A DNA stretch of 64,000 nt from Candidatus Krumholzibacteriia bacterium (lineage in GTDB: Bacteria > Krumholzibacteriota > Krumholzibacteriia > WVZY01): contig JBHHVD010000004.1 in the NCBI GenBank assembly GCA_046754105.1, forward strand, positions 1,319 to 65,318. The letters run 5' to 3'. The notes below the pieces were generated by a model. That model was not told where the DNA came from. It ran no database searches and saw only the letters and a list, made by a program, of their open reading frames with translations. Shown piece by piece: positions 31,051-40,695 of this stretch. The position numbers and the translations under genes are program-made. Position 1 is the stretch's first letter; every line of letters begins with the position of its first letter.

Positions 31051-32420
31051 AAAAACCCAGGGGAGGACCCGCTGCAGCGGACGAGGTCCAGGGAGACGAC
31101 GACCGCCATAAGCAGGATGAGCAGGACAAACCCGCCCTGGGCGAGCCTTTCCCGAAAACGCGGCTGGATTCGTTTCCGCGTCACGCTTTCTATGAGGAAC
31201 AGGGTCAGGTGCCCGCCGTCGAACGGCAACACGGGCAGCAGGTTGAAGATGCCCAGGTTGATGCTCAAGAACGCCAGGAAATAAATCAGGCGGTCGAACC
31301 CCCACCGCGCCATATCGCCGGCCATTTGGCCGATGAGTATCGGTCCCCCCACCGCGTCGATCCCCGCCTTGCCGGTAAAAAGCAGCTTCATAAACGCCAG
31401 GATTTCCAGCGCCATTCGATTCGACGACCTCAGGCCGAGAGCGATCGCGCGCGGAAGGGGTACGCGCTCCTTCTCGTACGCGGGGCCCACGCCGATTTGA
31501 CCGACGATCTTGAACTCCGTTTTTGATCCTTCCACGGGAACCTTCTTGGCCTCCGCCCGGATCGTCGCCGCATGGTCCTTGCCGTCCTGCGACCAGCGAA
31601 CCAGCAGCTGCTTGTCGGCGTTCGCGTGGATGATCCGTTCGATGTCGTGAAAACTGGTCACCAGCGTGTCATTGATCGACTCGATGACGGCACCGGGCCT
31701 GATACCCGCACGATACGCGGGCCCGTCGCGCTTGACCAGGCCGAGCTCGTTGGACACGAAGTAATCGAAACCGAGGACGATTCGCTCGCCTTCGAGCCCG
31801 CAGCGGTAGTCGATGTCCAGAACTTCAGGCCCGCGCTCGATGCGCAACGTCTTGATCTGGTCCTTGTCCTCGATCAGCTCGTCGACCAGCTCCGACCAGT
31901 TGCTTACCGCCACGTCGTTCACCGCCAGGACGACGTCCCCCGCAGCCAGCCCCACGGAGTCGGCGGGCGACCCCGCGCTCACGCCGCCGATGCGCGCGGT
32001 CGGAATGATGTTTATCCCATCGACTGCGAACATACCGATGTAGAGGACCACCGCCAGCACGTAGTTCGCAAACGGCCCGGCAAAAACGACGGCCGAGCGG
32101 GTCAGCCGGCTCTTGTTGAAAAAGTAACGGGAGGGATCGATCCGGCTGTCCGGTATTTCGTCACCCGTATCACCTTGCGGCGCCTCCTCCTGTTCGGTGC
32201 CCTCGAGCTCACCGGCGAACTTGACGTAGCCGCCGAACGGAATTGCGGCGATCGTGTAGACCGTCTCGCCGAAGCGTCTCTTGATCAGCTTGCGACCGAA
32301 CCCGATAGAAAACGTCTTTACGAAGACACCGGTCTTCTTGGCCACGATGAAGTGGCCGAACTCGTGCACGACAATGGCCACACCCAGGACAAAGGCTACC
32401 GCTAGAAGTGTGATCAGCAT
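31047..32420 (-). CDS. rseP: RIP zinc metalloprotease RseP (site-2 protease) with PDZ domain
   Basis: MLITLLAVAFVLGVAIVVHEFGHFIVAK (HEXXH in TM1), a PDZ region, and the C-terminal LDGG motif. Confidence 0.9.
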   Translation of the reverse strand: MLITLLAVAFVLGVAIVVHEFGHFIVAKKTGVFVKTFSIGFGRKLIKRRFGETVYTIAAIPFGGYVKFAGELEGTEQEEAPQGDTGDEIPDSRIDPSRYFFNKSRLTRSAVVFAGPFANYVLAVVLYIGMFAVDGINIIPTARIGGVSAGSPADSVGLAAGDVVLAVNDVAVSNWSELVDELIEDKDQIKTLRIERGPEVLDIDYRCGLEGERIVLGFDYFVSNELGLVKRDGPAYRAGIRPGAVIESINDTLVTSFHDIERIIHANADKQLLVRWSQDGKDHAATIRAEAKKVPVEGSKTEFKIVGQIGVGPAYEKERVPLPRAIALGLRSSNRMALEILAFMKLLFTGKAGIDAVGGPILIGQMAGDMARWGFDRLIYFLAFLSINLGIFNLLPVLPFDGGHLTLFLIESVTRKRIQPRFRERLAQGGFVLLILLMAVVVSLDLVRCSGSSPGFF

Positions 32421-32437
32421 TACAGAACCGGGGCCGG

Positions 32438-33592
32438 TTAGAGGCCGAACTTTTCTCTAATGTACGCCCGCGTCCTCCCGTCCGTTTCGAAAACGTCGTC
32501 AAAACAGCGAATCCGCCCTTGTGGAACATGGTCCATGGCGGCCTCGATAATAGTATAAATCTCTGAAAAACGCACATTCTTTGCAAGAAAAGCGCCAACG
32601 GCCACCTCGTTCGCTGAATTCAAGACCGCCGGCATGTTGCCGCCCTTGCGCGCGGCGCGCAGCACCAGGTCCAGGCACGGGTAACGCTCCACGTCCACTT
32701 CGCCAAAGCTCAGATCCGGGAAATCCGCGATCCGGCTCTTGGGTAGCGGGGTGTCGACCTTTTCCGGGTAGGTCAGCGCGTACAGGATCGGCATGCGCAT
32801 GTCCGGAATCCCCATCTGGGCCAGAATCGAGTTGTCCTTGAACTCCACCAGGGAATGGACGATTGACTGTGGATGAATCACGACTCGTATCTTGTCGAGC
32901 GGCAGATCGAAGAGCCAGTGTGCCTCGATGACCTCGAGCCCCTTGTTCACGAGCGTGGCGCTGTCGACCGTGATCTTGTTTCCCATGTCCCAGGTGGGGT
33001 GTGCGAGCACGTCTTCTGGTGCCGCGTCCGCCATCGTCTCGAGCGGCCGATCCCGGAGGGCACCGCCGGAAGCCGTGATGTAAACCGTGGAGACGTCGTC
33101 TATGGTAGAGCCGCACAAGCACTGGCTGATGGCGACGTGTTCGCTGTCTATGGGAATAACCTCGGCACCGGATTGCCGTGACGCCTCGCGGATCAGCTCC
33201 CCACCGGTAACGATTGCTTCCTTGTTGGCGATGGCCACCGGTGTCCCCCGCTGCAAGGACGCCAGAGTCGGTTCGAGCCCGGCGAAACCTACCAGGCAGT
33301 TGACCACCAGGTCCGGTTCGGTCTCCTCGATGAGGTTTATCAAGCCGGATCTGCCCTCGCCCGTGCTGCGCGCATTCATTTCGGGAATCGATGACACGCG
33401 CGCGGAGGCTTCCGGCATGCAAACGGCGACTCTCGCATCCGCGTAGCGCGAGCACTGTTGCTCCAGGACTTCGATATTGCGGTTCGTAGACAGCCCGACG
33501 ACGGCGAAACGCCCCGCGTGATGAGCGACTACCTCGAGTACGTTGCGGCCGACCGACCCGGTCGATCCCAGCACCAGGATTCGCTTTTTCAT
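32438..33592 (-). CDS. dxr: 1-deoxy-D-xylulose 5-phosphate reductoisomerase
   Basis: MKKRILVLGSTGSVGRNVLEV...PIDSEHVAISQCL. The true ATG is at 33592; the longer track ORF is upstream read-through in a high-GC frame. Confidence 0.9.
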   Translation of the reverse strand: MKKRILVLGSTGSVGRNVLEVVAHHAGRFAVVGLSTNRNIEVLEQQCSRYADARVAVCMPEASARVSSIPEMNARSTGEGRSGLINLIEETEPDLVVNCLVGFAGLEPTLASLQRGTPVAIANKEAIVTGGELIREASRQSGAEVIPIDSEHVAISQCLCGSTIDDVSTVYITASGGALRDRPLETMADAAPEDVLAHPTWDMGNKITVDSATLVNKGLEVIEAHWLFDLPLDKIRVVIHPQSIVHSLVEFKDNSILAQMGIPDMRMPILYALTYPEKVDTPLPKSRIADFPDLSFGEVDVERYPCLDLVLRAARKGGNMPAVLNSANEVAVGAFLAKNVRFSEIYTIIEAAMDHVPQGRIRCFDDVFETDGRTRAYIREKFGL

Positions 33593-33612
33593 GGTATCTT
33601 CCAGACCGTGTC

Positions 33613-34482
33613 CTAGTTGAATACGACGAACTTGATAAAGTAGTAAATCATCGGCGCGGTAAACAGCAGGCTGTCGAATCGATCCAGCACGCCGCCGTGC
33701 CCGGGGATGGTATCCGAAGCGTCCTTTATCTCGACGTCTCTCTTCATGAGGGACTCGACGAGGTCGCCCAGCAGCCCGATCACGCCTGCCAAAAGCCCCA
33801 GTAGGAGCGCGTGCCACAGCTGCAGGTACCCGGCGAGCGTCGCTCGAGCCACTAGCGCGGCCGCCACCGAAAACACCAAACCGCCGATGGCGCCTTCGCG
33901 TGTCTTCTTCGCCGAAATTCGCGGCATCAGCGGATGCTTGCCCACGGCAGACCCGACCAGGTACGCCCCCGTGTCGCCGGCCCACGTCACGATGAAGGCC
34001 AGAAAGACGAAGGAGCCGCCGTAGCTGTAGTCGAGGTTCACGCTCAGCGGCAGTTCTCGCAGCAGCACTACGTGGGACAACAAAAACGCGACGTAGATTA
34101 CCCCCAGGATAGTCGTGGCAATATGGTAGACGGCCATCCGCGTTTCCCTGCGCGTCAGCTCCAGGCACATCAGGGTCACCAGGGCCACCGTCAAGAAGAG
34201 ATTGGAGTACATGCCGTTTCGGAAGAACACGTACCAGGAAAGAGCGAGGCCACAGATGATTCCGATGAGCTTGTACGGCCGGATCCCTTTTGACTCCATC
34301 ATCCGGTAGAATTCCCACATCCCGACGAAGATGATGGCGTTCATGAGGGTGAGAAAATGGTAGCCACCCGCATTGGTGATGATGATAAAGCACGGGATGA
34401 AAACCAGCGACGCGGCCACCCTCCAGAGTATCGACGAGTGAACCACGAATCTGCGGGGTGCCGTATGACCGTTTTGTTCCAT
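33613..34482 (-). CDS. cdsA: Phosphatidate cytidylyltransferase
   Basis: Polytopic membrane protein with the C-terminal CTP_transf_1 signature ...SDTIPGHGGVLDRFDSLLF. The start is MEQNGH at 34482. Confidence 0.85.
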   Translation of the reverse strand: MEQNGHTAPRRFVVHSSILWRVAASLVFIPCFIIITNAGGYHFLTLMNAIIFVGMWEFYRMMESKGIRPYKLIGIICGLALSWYVFFRNGMYSNLFLTVALVTLMCLELTRRETRMAVYHIATTILGVIYVAFLLSHVVLLRELPLSVNLDYSYGGSFVFLAFIVTWAGDTGAYLVGSAVGKHPLMPRISAKKTREGAIGGLVFSVAAALVARATLAGYLQLWHALLLGLLAGVIGLLGDLVESLMKRDVEIKDASDTIPGHGGVLDRFDSLLFTAPMIYYFIKFVVFN

Positions 34483-34492
34483 CACTGGCTCT

Positions 34493-35233
34493 CTACAGAC
34501 CGAACCTGCGTTCGCGCTTCTGGTATGCCGCGATGCTCGCGAACAGCTCCTCTTCCCTGAAGTCGGGCCATAGCACGTCGGTGACAAACAGCTCGGTGTA
34601 GGCCACCTGCCACAGAAGAAAATTGGAAATCCGCTGTTCGCCGCTGGTGCGTACCAGAAGATCCGGGTCCGGAAGCTGCGGATCGTACAGATGCTGTCTG
34701 AGCAGCTCATCGTCTATGTCCGCGACCTCGATCCCGCCGCTCTTGACCCTTTCTGCGATCCGCCGGGTCGCATCGACGATCTCCGCCCGTCCACTGTAAC
34801 TAACGGCCAACGTCAAGACCAGCCGCGAATTGTCTTTGAGCTTGTCGATGGTCTCGTCGAGGGCCGCCCGGGTCGTCGCGGGCAGCATGTCCGTGCGGCC
34901 GATCATTTGCAGGCGCACACCGTTTTCGTCGAGTTCGAGGTATTCCTTCTTCAGCACCTCCTCGAGAAAGAGCATTAACCCTCGCACCTCATCGGAGGGG
35001 CGCTGCCAGTTCTCGAGAGAAAACGTATAGAGGGTGAGGTAGGAGATGCCGATGCGGGCACAGGTTCTGACGACGGTTCGCACCGATTCGCGCCCGACGC
35101 GGTGTCCTTCCAGGCGGGGTAGTCTACGCTTGCTCGCCCACCGCCCGTTGCCATCCATGATGATCGCGATGTGGGACGGGAGATTCTCTGAGTTCTTGAG
35201 CTTTTCTATTTGCTGTTCGATTTCATTCAACAT
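34493..35233 (-). CDS. uppS: Isoprenyl transferase (undecaprenyl diphosphate synthase)
   Basis: HIAIIMDGNGRWA...LTLYTFSLENWQRP is the UPP synthase signature. Confidence 0.9.
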   Translation of the reverse strand: MLNEIEQQIEKLKNSENLPSHIAIIMDGNGRWASKRRLPRLEGHRVGRESVRTVVRTCARIGISYLTLYTFSLENWQRPSDEVRGLMLFLEEVLKKEYLELDENGVRLQMIGRTDMLPATTRAALDETIDKLKDNSRLVLTLAVSYSGRAEIVDATRRIAERVKSGGIEVADIDDELLRQHLYDPQLPDPDLLVRTSGEQRISNFLLWQVAYTELFVTDVLWPDFREEELFASIAAYQKRERRFGL

Positions 35234-35287
35234 CAGGTTACCAAAGAGAGGCGCGTGGTGCCGGCATCCGGGCAGACACAGCCGCGA

Positions 35288-35854
35288 CTAGATTTCCATA
35301 ATTTCCTTCTCTTTGGCCGCGACTATCTCATCGATATCCGCCACGAACTTGTCCGTCGTCTTCTGGACTTCATCCTGCCTCGTGTGCATCTCGTCCTCGG
35401 AGATTACGTGTTCCTTTTCCTTTTTCTTGAATCGCTCGTTGGCGTCCCGCCTGATGTTGCGGACGGCCACCCGGGACTCCTCGGCGTATCTCTTGACGAT
35501 CTTCACCAACTCTTTTCGTCTTTCTTCCGTCAGCGGCGGGATCGGCAATCGAATCAATGCGCCGTCGCTCTGCGGGTTGAGACCGAGTTCAGAGGCCATG
35601 ATCGCCTTCTCGATTTCCGGCACCAGCGTCTTTTCCCATGGCTGCACCGTGATGAGGCGTGCTTCGGGCACGGCGATCGTCGCCACCTGTTTGAGGGGCA
35701 CCGTCTGCCCGTAGTACATCACCTGCACGGTGTCGAGCAGGGCGGCGTTCGCCTTGCCGGTTCGAATTCCCGCCAGCTCGCGGTGAAGATTGTCGATCAT
35801 CTTGCCCATGGTTTCCTTGGCGTGTTTCAGTATCTCGTCCGGCACGTGAATCAC
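35288..35854 (-). CDS. frr: Ribosome recycling factor
   Basis: 188 aa, RRF family (LAGIRTGKANAALLD..., C-terminal coiled coil). Confidence 0.9.
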   Translation of the reverse strand: MIHVPDEILKHAKETMGKMIDNLHRELAGIRTGKANAALLDTVQVMYYGQTVPLKQVATIAVPEARLITVQPWEKTLVPEIEKAIMASELGLNPQSDGALIRLPIPPLTEERRKELVKIVKRYAEESRVAVRNIRRDANERFKKKEKEHVISEDEMHTRQDEVQKTTDKFVADIDEIVAAKEKEIMEI

Positions 35855-35859
35855 CTTCC

Positions 35860-36582
35860 TCAGGACACGATCGTTCCTACTCTTTCGCCTCGCAGGACTT
35901 TTTTCAAGGTCTGATTTCCGTTGAGATTGAACACAACGATCGGCAGCGAATTCTCCATGCAGAGTGATATCGCAGTTGCGTCCATGACACGCAGGCCGCG
36001 GTTGAGGACGTCGATGTAGCTGAGGCTGTCAAAGAGCTTCGCCGAAGGGTTGTCGACGGGGTCCGCATCGTACACGCCGTCGACCTTGGTCCCCTTCAGG
36101 ACGGCCTCCGCCCCGATCTCGATCGCTCGCAGTGCGGCGGCGGTATCCGTGCTGAAATAGGGGTTTCCCGTTCCGCCGGCCAGGATGACGACCCGGTTCT
36201 TTTCGATATGGCGGATGGCGCGCCGGCGGATGTAGGGTTCGGCAAGCTGCTCCATTGCTATCGCGGTCATCACCCGGGTCTCGACACCTTCCTGCTCGAG
36301 GGCGTTTTGCAGGGCGAGTGCGTTGATCACGGTCGCCAGCATGCCCATGTAGTCCGCGCTGACCCGATCGATCCCCTCCTGGCTCGCGCTGGAACCCCGG
36401 AGGATGTTACCCCCGCCGATGACCACTCCGACTTGTACCCCGAGCCCCACCACACCGGCGATATCGCGCGACAGTTCCTTCAACTTGTCGATGGAGACGC
36501 CACTACGGTCATGCTGGCCGACGAGCTCGCCGCTTACTTTTAGTAGCACTCTCTTGTAGCGAAGGACGCTCACTGCCGGCAC
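35860..36582 (-). CDS. pyrH: UMP kinase
   Basis: RVLLKVSGE...VVIGGGNI...VVFNL is the UMP kinase (amino-acid kinase) fold. Confidence 0.9.
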   Translation of the reverse strand: MPAVSVLRYKRVLLKVSGELVGQHDRSGVSIDKLKELSRDIAGVVGLGVQVGVVIGGGNILRGSSASQEGIDRVSADYMGMLATVINALALQNALEQEGVETRVMTAIAMEQLAEPYIRRRAIRHIEKNRVVILAGGTGNPYFSTDTAAALRAIEIGAEAVLKGTKVDGVYDADPVDNPSAKLFDSLSYIDVLNRGLRVMDATAISLCMENSLPIVVFNLNGNQTLKKVLRGERVGTIVS

Positions 36583-36589
36583 CTCGCGG

Positions 36590-37183
36590 CTAGTTGCCTA
36601 TCTGAAACCGGGCGAATCGGGCGACCCGGATGTTCTCACCCAGCTTCGCCACCAGTTCGTTGAGAAGGTCGCGCACGGTCTTGCTGTCGTCCTTGATGAA
36701 CGGCTGGTCCATCAATGTGACCTCCGAATAGTACTTCTCCAGCCGGCCGTCGATGATCTTCTCGACGACGGCTTCGGGTTTCTTCTGTTCCATGGCCTGG
36801 GTGCGGTACACTTCCCGCTCCTTGGAAACGGCTTCCTCCGGGACCCCGTCCCGGTCGAGCGACATGGGTGAGGTCGCCGCGATCTGCATCGCGACATCCC
36901 GGCTGAAGGCCTGGAACTCATCGGTGCGGGCGACAAAGTCCGTCTCGCAATTCACTTGCACCAGCACGCCGATGCGGCTGCCGGGGTGAATGTACGAGAG
37001 CACCGTTCCTTCGGACGTCTCGCGTTCCGACTTCTTCTGGGCTTTGGCCAGTCCCTTTATACGAAGGTACTCCATCGCCTTGTCGATATCGCCGGAACTC
37101 TCCTTGAGCGCGGCCTTGCAGTCCATCAGACCGGCCCCGGTGTGTTGCCTCAACTCCTTGACCATTGCTGCGGTTATTTCCAT
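36590..37183 (-). CDS. tsf: Elongation factor Ts (short form)
   Basis: [27 protein letters not shown]...[14 protein letters not shown] is an EF-Ts N-terminus; 197 aa. Confidence 0.9.
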   Translation of the reverse strand: MEITAAMVKELRQHTGAGLMDCKAALKESSGDIDKAMEYLRIKGLAKAQKKSERETSEGTVLSYIHPGSRIGVLVQVNCETDFVARTDEFQAFSRDVAMQIAATSPMSLDRDGVPEEAVSKEREVYRTQAMEQKKPEAVVEKIIDGRLEKYYSEVTLMDQPFIKDDSKTVRDLLNELVAKLGENIRVARFARFQIGN

Positions 37184-37195
37184 CGAAACCTCCGA

Positions 37196-37960
37196 TTATG
37201 CGACCGATTCTCTTTTTTTCGGATTGGAGTCTTCATCCTTCGAATCCTTCAGGCCCTTCGCTTGCTGCTCTTCGAGGTACTTCGCCCGCCCCTCGAGCAC
37301 CGCGTCCGCCACCACTTTGCAGAACAACCGAATGGCACGCATGGCGTCGTCGTTCGCCGGAATGGGAAAGTGCACTTCGTCCGGATCCGCGTTCGTATCG
37401 ACCATCGCGACGATGGGGATATTCAACTTGCGCGCTTCACGGACCGCGTTGTGTTCCTTCGTTGTATCAACGACAAAAACCACGGCGGGGAGCTTGTCCA
37501 TGGTACGGATCCCCCCTAGCGCCTTGAGCAGCTTTTCCCTGTCCTTCCCCAGCTTGAGCGCCTCCTTCTTCTTGAACTGCCCCATCTTCCCTTCCGCCTC
37601 CAGCGACTCGAGGTGCTCCAGTTTGCTGAGGCTCTTCCTGACCGTTCCAAAATTGGTCAGTGTCCCGCCGAGCCAGCGCTCCGTCACGTAGGGCATCCCA
37701 CAGCGCTCCGCCTCTTCCTTGATCGACGTCTTTGCCTGTGTCTTCGTACCGAGGAACAGCACCGACTTGCCCTCGCCGGCCAGCTTGCGGACCGTGTCGC
37801 ACGCCTGCTGAACCGCTTCCAGCGTTTTTCGCAAATCGATGACGTGGATCCCGTTCTTCTCCATAAAAATATAGGGCTTCATCTTTGGATTCCAGCGCTT
37901 GGTCTGGTGCCCAAAGTGAACCCCTGCTTCCAAAAGATCCTTAAGGGTGGTATCACCCAT
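37196..37960 (-). CDS. rpsB: 30S ribosomal protein S2
   Basis: LLEAGVHFGHQTKRWNPKM is the S2 signature. AGGAGG RBS 7 nt upstream. Confidence 0.9.
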   Translation of the reverse strand: MGDTTLKDLLEAGVHFGHQTKRWNPKMKPYIFMEKNGIHVIDLRKTLEAVQQACDTVRKLAGEGKSVLFLGTKTQAKTSIKEEAERCGMPYVTERWLGGTLTNFGTVRKSLSKLEHLESLEAEGKMGQFKKKEALKLGKDREKLLKALGGIRTMDKLPAVVFVVDTTKEHNAVREARKLNIPIVAMVDTNADPDEVHFPIPANDDAMRAIRLFCKVVADAVLEGRAKYLEEQQAKGLKDSKDEDSNPKKRESVA

Positions 37961-38139
37961 TCAGATACCTCCTGATGGTTCGGCCTCCACCGCCAGGCGT
38001 ATCCACCTGAATTTCTCTCCAGGCACCGGGACACGCACTGATTAGACGGTGTGTGTTTTGTTCGTCGAGCGGGGCCTGGCCCCGCGTTTCGACGCGATTG
38101 ATAGGTTCTCGCCTCGAAAAATCCCCACGAGGAAGGCGA

Positions 38140-38535
38140 CTAACGCTTGGAGAACTGAAAGGCCTTCCTTCGACCGGCGAGCCCGTACTTCTTGCGCTCC
38201 TTCATGCGCGGGTCCCGGGTCAGAAGTCCCTTCGAGCGGAGCGCCCCGTGAAACCGGTCATCCATCTCGACCAGGGCGCGGGCGATGCCGAGCTTCAGAG
38301 CGCCCGCCTGCCCGGAAATACCCCCGCCGCAGACGGTCGCCTGGATGTCATATTGTCCAAGGCACTCAGTAACTTCCAACGGCTCACGAACTTGCATTAC
38401 CAGGACTTCACGCCCCAGGTACTCCACGAGGTCCTTACCGTTGACCACGGTTTTCCCCGAGCCCGGCTTCAAATACACGCGAGCCACGGATTCCTTTCGT
38501 CTCCCGACCGCCGCAACTTGTTCTGCTTTTGCCAT
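38140..38535 (-). CDS. rpsI: 30S ribosomal protein S9
   Basis: 131 aa ending ...[16 protein letters not shown], the S9 C-terminus. Confidence 0.9.
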   Translation of the reverse strand: MAKAEQVAAVGRRKESVARVYLKPGSGKTVVNGKDLVEYLGREVLVMQVREPLEVTECLGQYDIQATVCGGGISGQAGALKLGIARALVEMDDRFHGALRSKGLLTRDPRMKERKKYGLAGRRKAFQFSKR

Positions 38536-38619
38536 GACGTCCTCTGGTTACATGACCGTAGAATATGCGCCGGCCACCGGCCGGTCGCTGCGCACGCGAG
38601 CCCCTCCTCCCGATGTACT

Positions 38620-39051
38620 CTAGGAAAGAGGCAGGCTCTGGGGCTTCTGGGCCTCGTGCGGGTGCTGTGCGCCCGCGTACACCTTCAGTTTCTTCAACAG
38701 CCGCCTGCCCAGTCGATTCGAGGGAAGCATGCCCTTTACGGCATGCTTGACGACCCGCGCGGGGTCCCTCTCCAGAAGGTCCTGGACGCGCCGCACCTTG
38801 AGCCCGCCGGTGTAACCCGAGTAGCTGTAGTACACCTTTTGCTGGCGCTTCTTGCCGCTGAGATGGATCTTGTCGGCGTTGACAACGACCACGTGGTCGC
38901 CCAGGTCCAGATGGGGTGAGTACTCCGGCCGGTGCTTGCCACGCAGCACTTTCGCCACCTCGACCGCCAGACGCCCGAGCGGCTTGTTGTCCGCGTCGAC
39001 CAGATGCCACCGTTGCTGGATGTCTCCGGCTTTTACCGTATGTGTATTCAT
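38620..39051 (-). CDS. rplM: 50S ribosomal protein L13
   Basis: 143 aa, WHLVDADNKPLGRLA...VVVVNADKI is the L13 signature. Confidence 0.9.
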   Translation of the reverse strand: MNTHTVKAGDIQQRWHLVDADNKPLGRLAVEVAKVLRGKHRPEYSPHLDLGDHVVVVNADKIHLSGKKRQQKVYYSYSGYTGGLKVRRVQDLLERDPARVVKHAVKGMLPSNRLGRRLLKKLKVYAGAQHPHEAQKPQSLPLS

Positions 39052-39083
39052 CGTTCTAAGGCCTCAGTCTTTGGAAAAGTCTT

Positions 39084-39115
39084 TATTATATAGCAGTTAT
39101 GATTATGTGAAGTCA
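39084..39115 (-). promoter_or_regulatory. Strong sigma70-type promoter for rplM-rpsI
   Basis: Minus strand: TTGACT (39115-39110), 18 nt, TATATA/TATAAT (39091-39084), in a strikingly AT-rich 60-bp island. Confidence 0.5.
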
Positions 39116-39118
39116 AGG

Positions 39119-39141
39119 CAAAAAAAGCCCTCGCCGGGCGG
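39119..39141 (-). terminator. Putative intrinsic terminator after actF
   Basis: Minus-strand RNA: a short GC stem (GCCC...GGGC within cccgcccggcgagggc) followed by a run of 7 U, about 30 nt after the actF stop. Confidence 0.35.
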
Positions 39142-39169
39142 GACCGTGACTTCCGCCGCCCCGCAGCGA

Positions 39170-40267
39170 CTAGCGATCGTGAGCCGACGCGAGATCGCCC
39201 GCCGCTTCGCCGGCGCCGCCGACTGCCTCGCCTGTAACCTGTTGCGGTATAAAAGAATCCCTGCGCCAGATCAGAAAGGCCAGGAGCGCCGCCATCAACG
39301 CCGACGCCACGGCCACCCGCGGCAGTTCGATCGGCACTACCGGCCGGATGAGGACGAGCAGGTGCAGCGCCATCCCGGCGAGTACGATGCTGGAAACGGT
39401 TACCATGCCCAGGCGGTGGGTCTTGAGCGCCCGGGAGAGCAGCGCGCCGAAGGGGATGACAAACATCATCAGCAGCACCGCGCGCGAAAGCCCCCAGTAC
39501 GGCGCCGAGTCTACTCGTTTGAGGACATAGGCGACTTCCTCCGGAATGTTGCCGTACCAGATCACGAGGTACTGGGCGAAAAAGAATCCCCCCCACATAA
39601 AGCAGAAGGAGAGAATCATTTTTCCGCAGTCCCGCAGAGTCTCCTTGAGGTGGTTCGCACCGCGACGCGTCCTGAAAAAGATGATGTACACCGAGACGAT
39701 CAGCCCCATGAGCAGCGACTGCACGAAGAAATACCCCCCGAAGAGGGTACTGATCCACGGGTATTCGAGCGACATGATCCAATCGAATGCGATCAGGGAT
39801 TGCGACGTCACCCACAGCGCCAGGTACACCACCGCGTAGGTGTTCTTGGCGGGGCTGCCCTTCATCGCGGCCTGGGCGAGAAGCCGAGCCACCCAGAACA
39901 GCAGCAGCATCAAGGCCACGTTTCGGATGATGAAGAACTGGACGTTCAGCCATGCGGTCGGGTGCCCGGTCCACGCGTAGATTTCCATCCGCGTTCCCAT
40001 CACGAGATACAGCAGCGCCAGCAGGAGCAGCAACGGATAGGTCGCGTATAGATCTCTCTTGATCGGGATCAACCACAGCCCCTTGGCCACTTCCCCGATC
40101 GCGGCCAGCGCCACGCAGCCCTGTACCAGCATCGTCCAGAAAGTCAGCGTCATGAGCAGCGACCCGTCGCCCGGCCGTCCGCCCATACCCTCCAGAAGGG
40201 CGATCGCGGCGCCTACGACGAGGATCGGAGCGGCCACAGCCAGCCTGGTCACCGTTCCCCCGCTCAT
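39170..40267 (-). CDS. actF: Alternative complex III subunit ActF (NrfD-like membrane subunit)
   Basis: 365-aa polytopic NrfD/PsrC-like protein. Its start overlaps the actD stop. Called ActF from its position in the actABCDF cluster. Confidence 0.75.
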   Translation of the reverse strand: MSGGTVTRLAVAAPILVVGAAIALLEGMGGRPGDGSLLMTLTFWTMLVQGCVALAAIGEVAKGLWLIPIKRDLYATYPLLLLLALLYLVMGTRMEIYAWTGHPTAWLNVQFFIIRNVALMLLLFWVARLLAQAAMKGSPAKNTYAVVYLALWVTSQSLIAFDWIMSLEYPWISTLFGGYFFVQSLLMGLIVSVYIIFFRTRRGANHLKETLRDCGKMILSFCFMWGGFFFAQYLVIWYGNIPEEVAYVLKRVDSAPYWGLSRAVLLMMFVIPFGALLSRALKTHRLGMVTVSSIVLAGMALHLLVLIRPVVPIELPRVAVASALMAALLAFLIWRRDSFIPQQVTGEAVGGAGEAAGDLASAHDR

Positions 40268-40695
40268 TGGTCCACCTCGATCTCGAACTGACGGCTGAAT
40301 TCCGCTTTCGACTCAAACAGGTTCTGGATGACCGGTACGCGCGCCAGATACAAGAACCCCACGAACGCCGTCAGGCACCCGAAGAGGATTGTCAATTCGT
40401 AGGCGATGATCAAGAAAGCCGGAATGGAGACGTACGGCTTGCCGCCGGTAATCATCGGTGTCGGCCAGTCGAACACGGTGAAGATCGTGAATGCGAATCC
40501 CGCAACCAGGCCGCTCAAACCACCGAACGCGGTAAAAAACCGCACGGGGCTCTGCGACTCGTCGAGCAGATGCTCCGTCTCGTGGACCGGGTACGGAGTG
40601 AACGTCGTGATCTTCCGCTTGGGGATACCGCTCTTGACGAGCTCCTCGAGCTTTTTCAAGAACGGTTCTTTCTTGTCGAAAACGTAGCGCGCCAT
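40264..40695 (-). CDS. actD: Alternative complex III subunit ActD (DUF3341-like)
   Basis: 143 aa, two predicted TM helices (FTAFGGLSGLVAGFAFTIF..., LIIAYELTILFGCLTAFVGFLYL). Lies between actC and actF. Confidence 0.7.
   Translation of the reverse strand: MARYVFDKKEPFLKKLEELVKSGIPKRKITTFTPYPVHETEHLLDESQSPVRFFTAFGGLSGLVAGFAFTIFTVFDWPTPMITGGKPYVSIPAFLIIAYELTILFGCLTAFVGFLYLARVPVIQNLFESKAEFSRQFEIEVDQ

Noticed and set aside
32438-34710. 5' extensions of the dxr (651 aa) and cdsA (365 aa) ORFs in the track
   Set aside because: Family N-termini (MKKRILVLGS for Dxr, MEQNGH for CdsA) sit at internal ATGs directly after the upstream gene stops. The extensions are open frame read-through overlapping the upstream genes.
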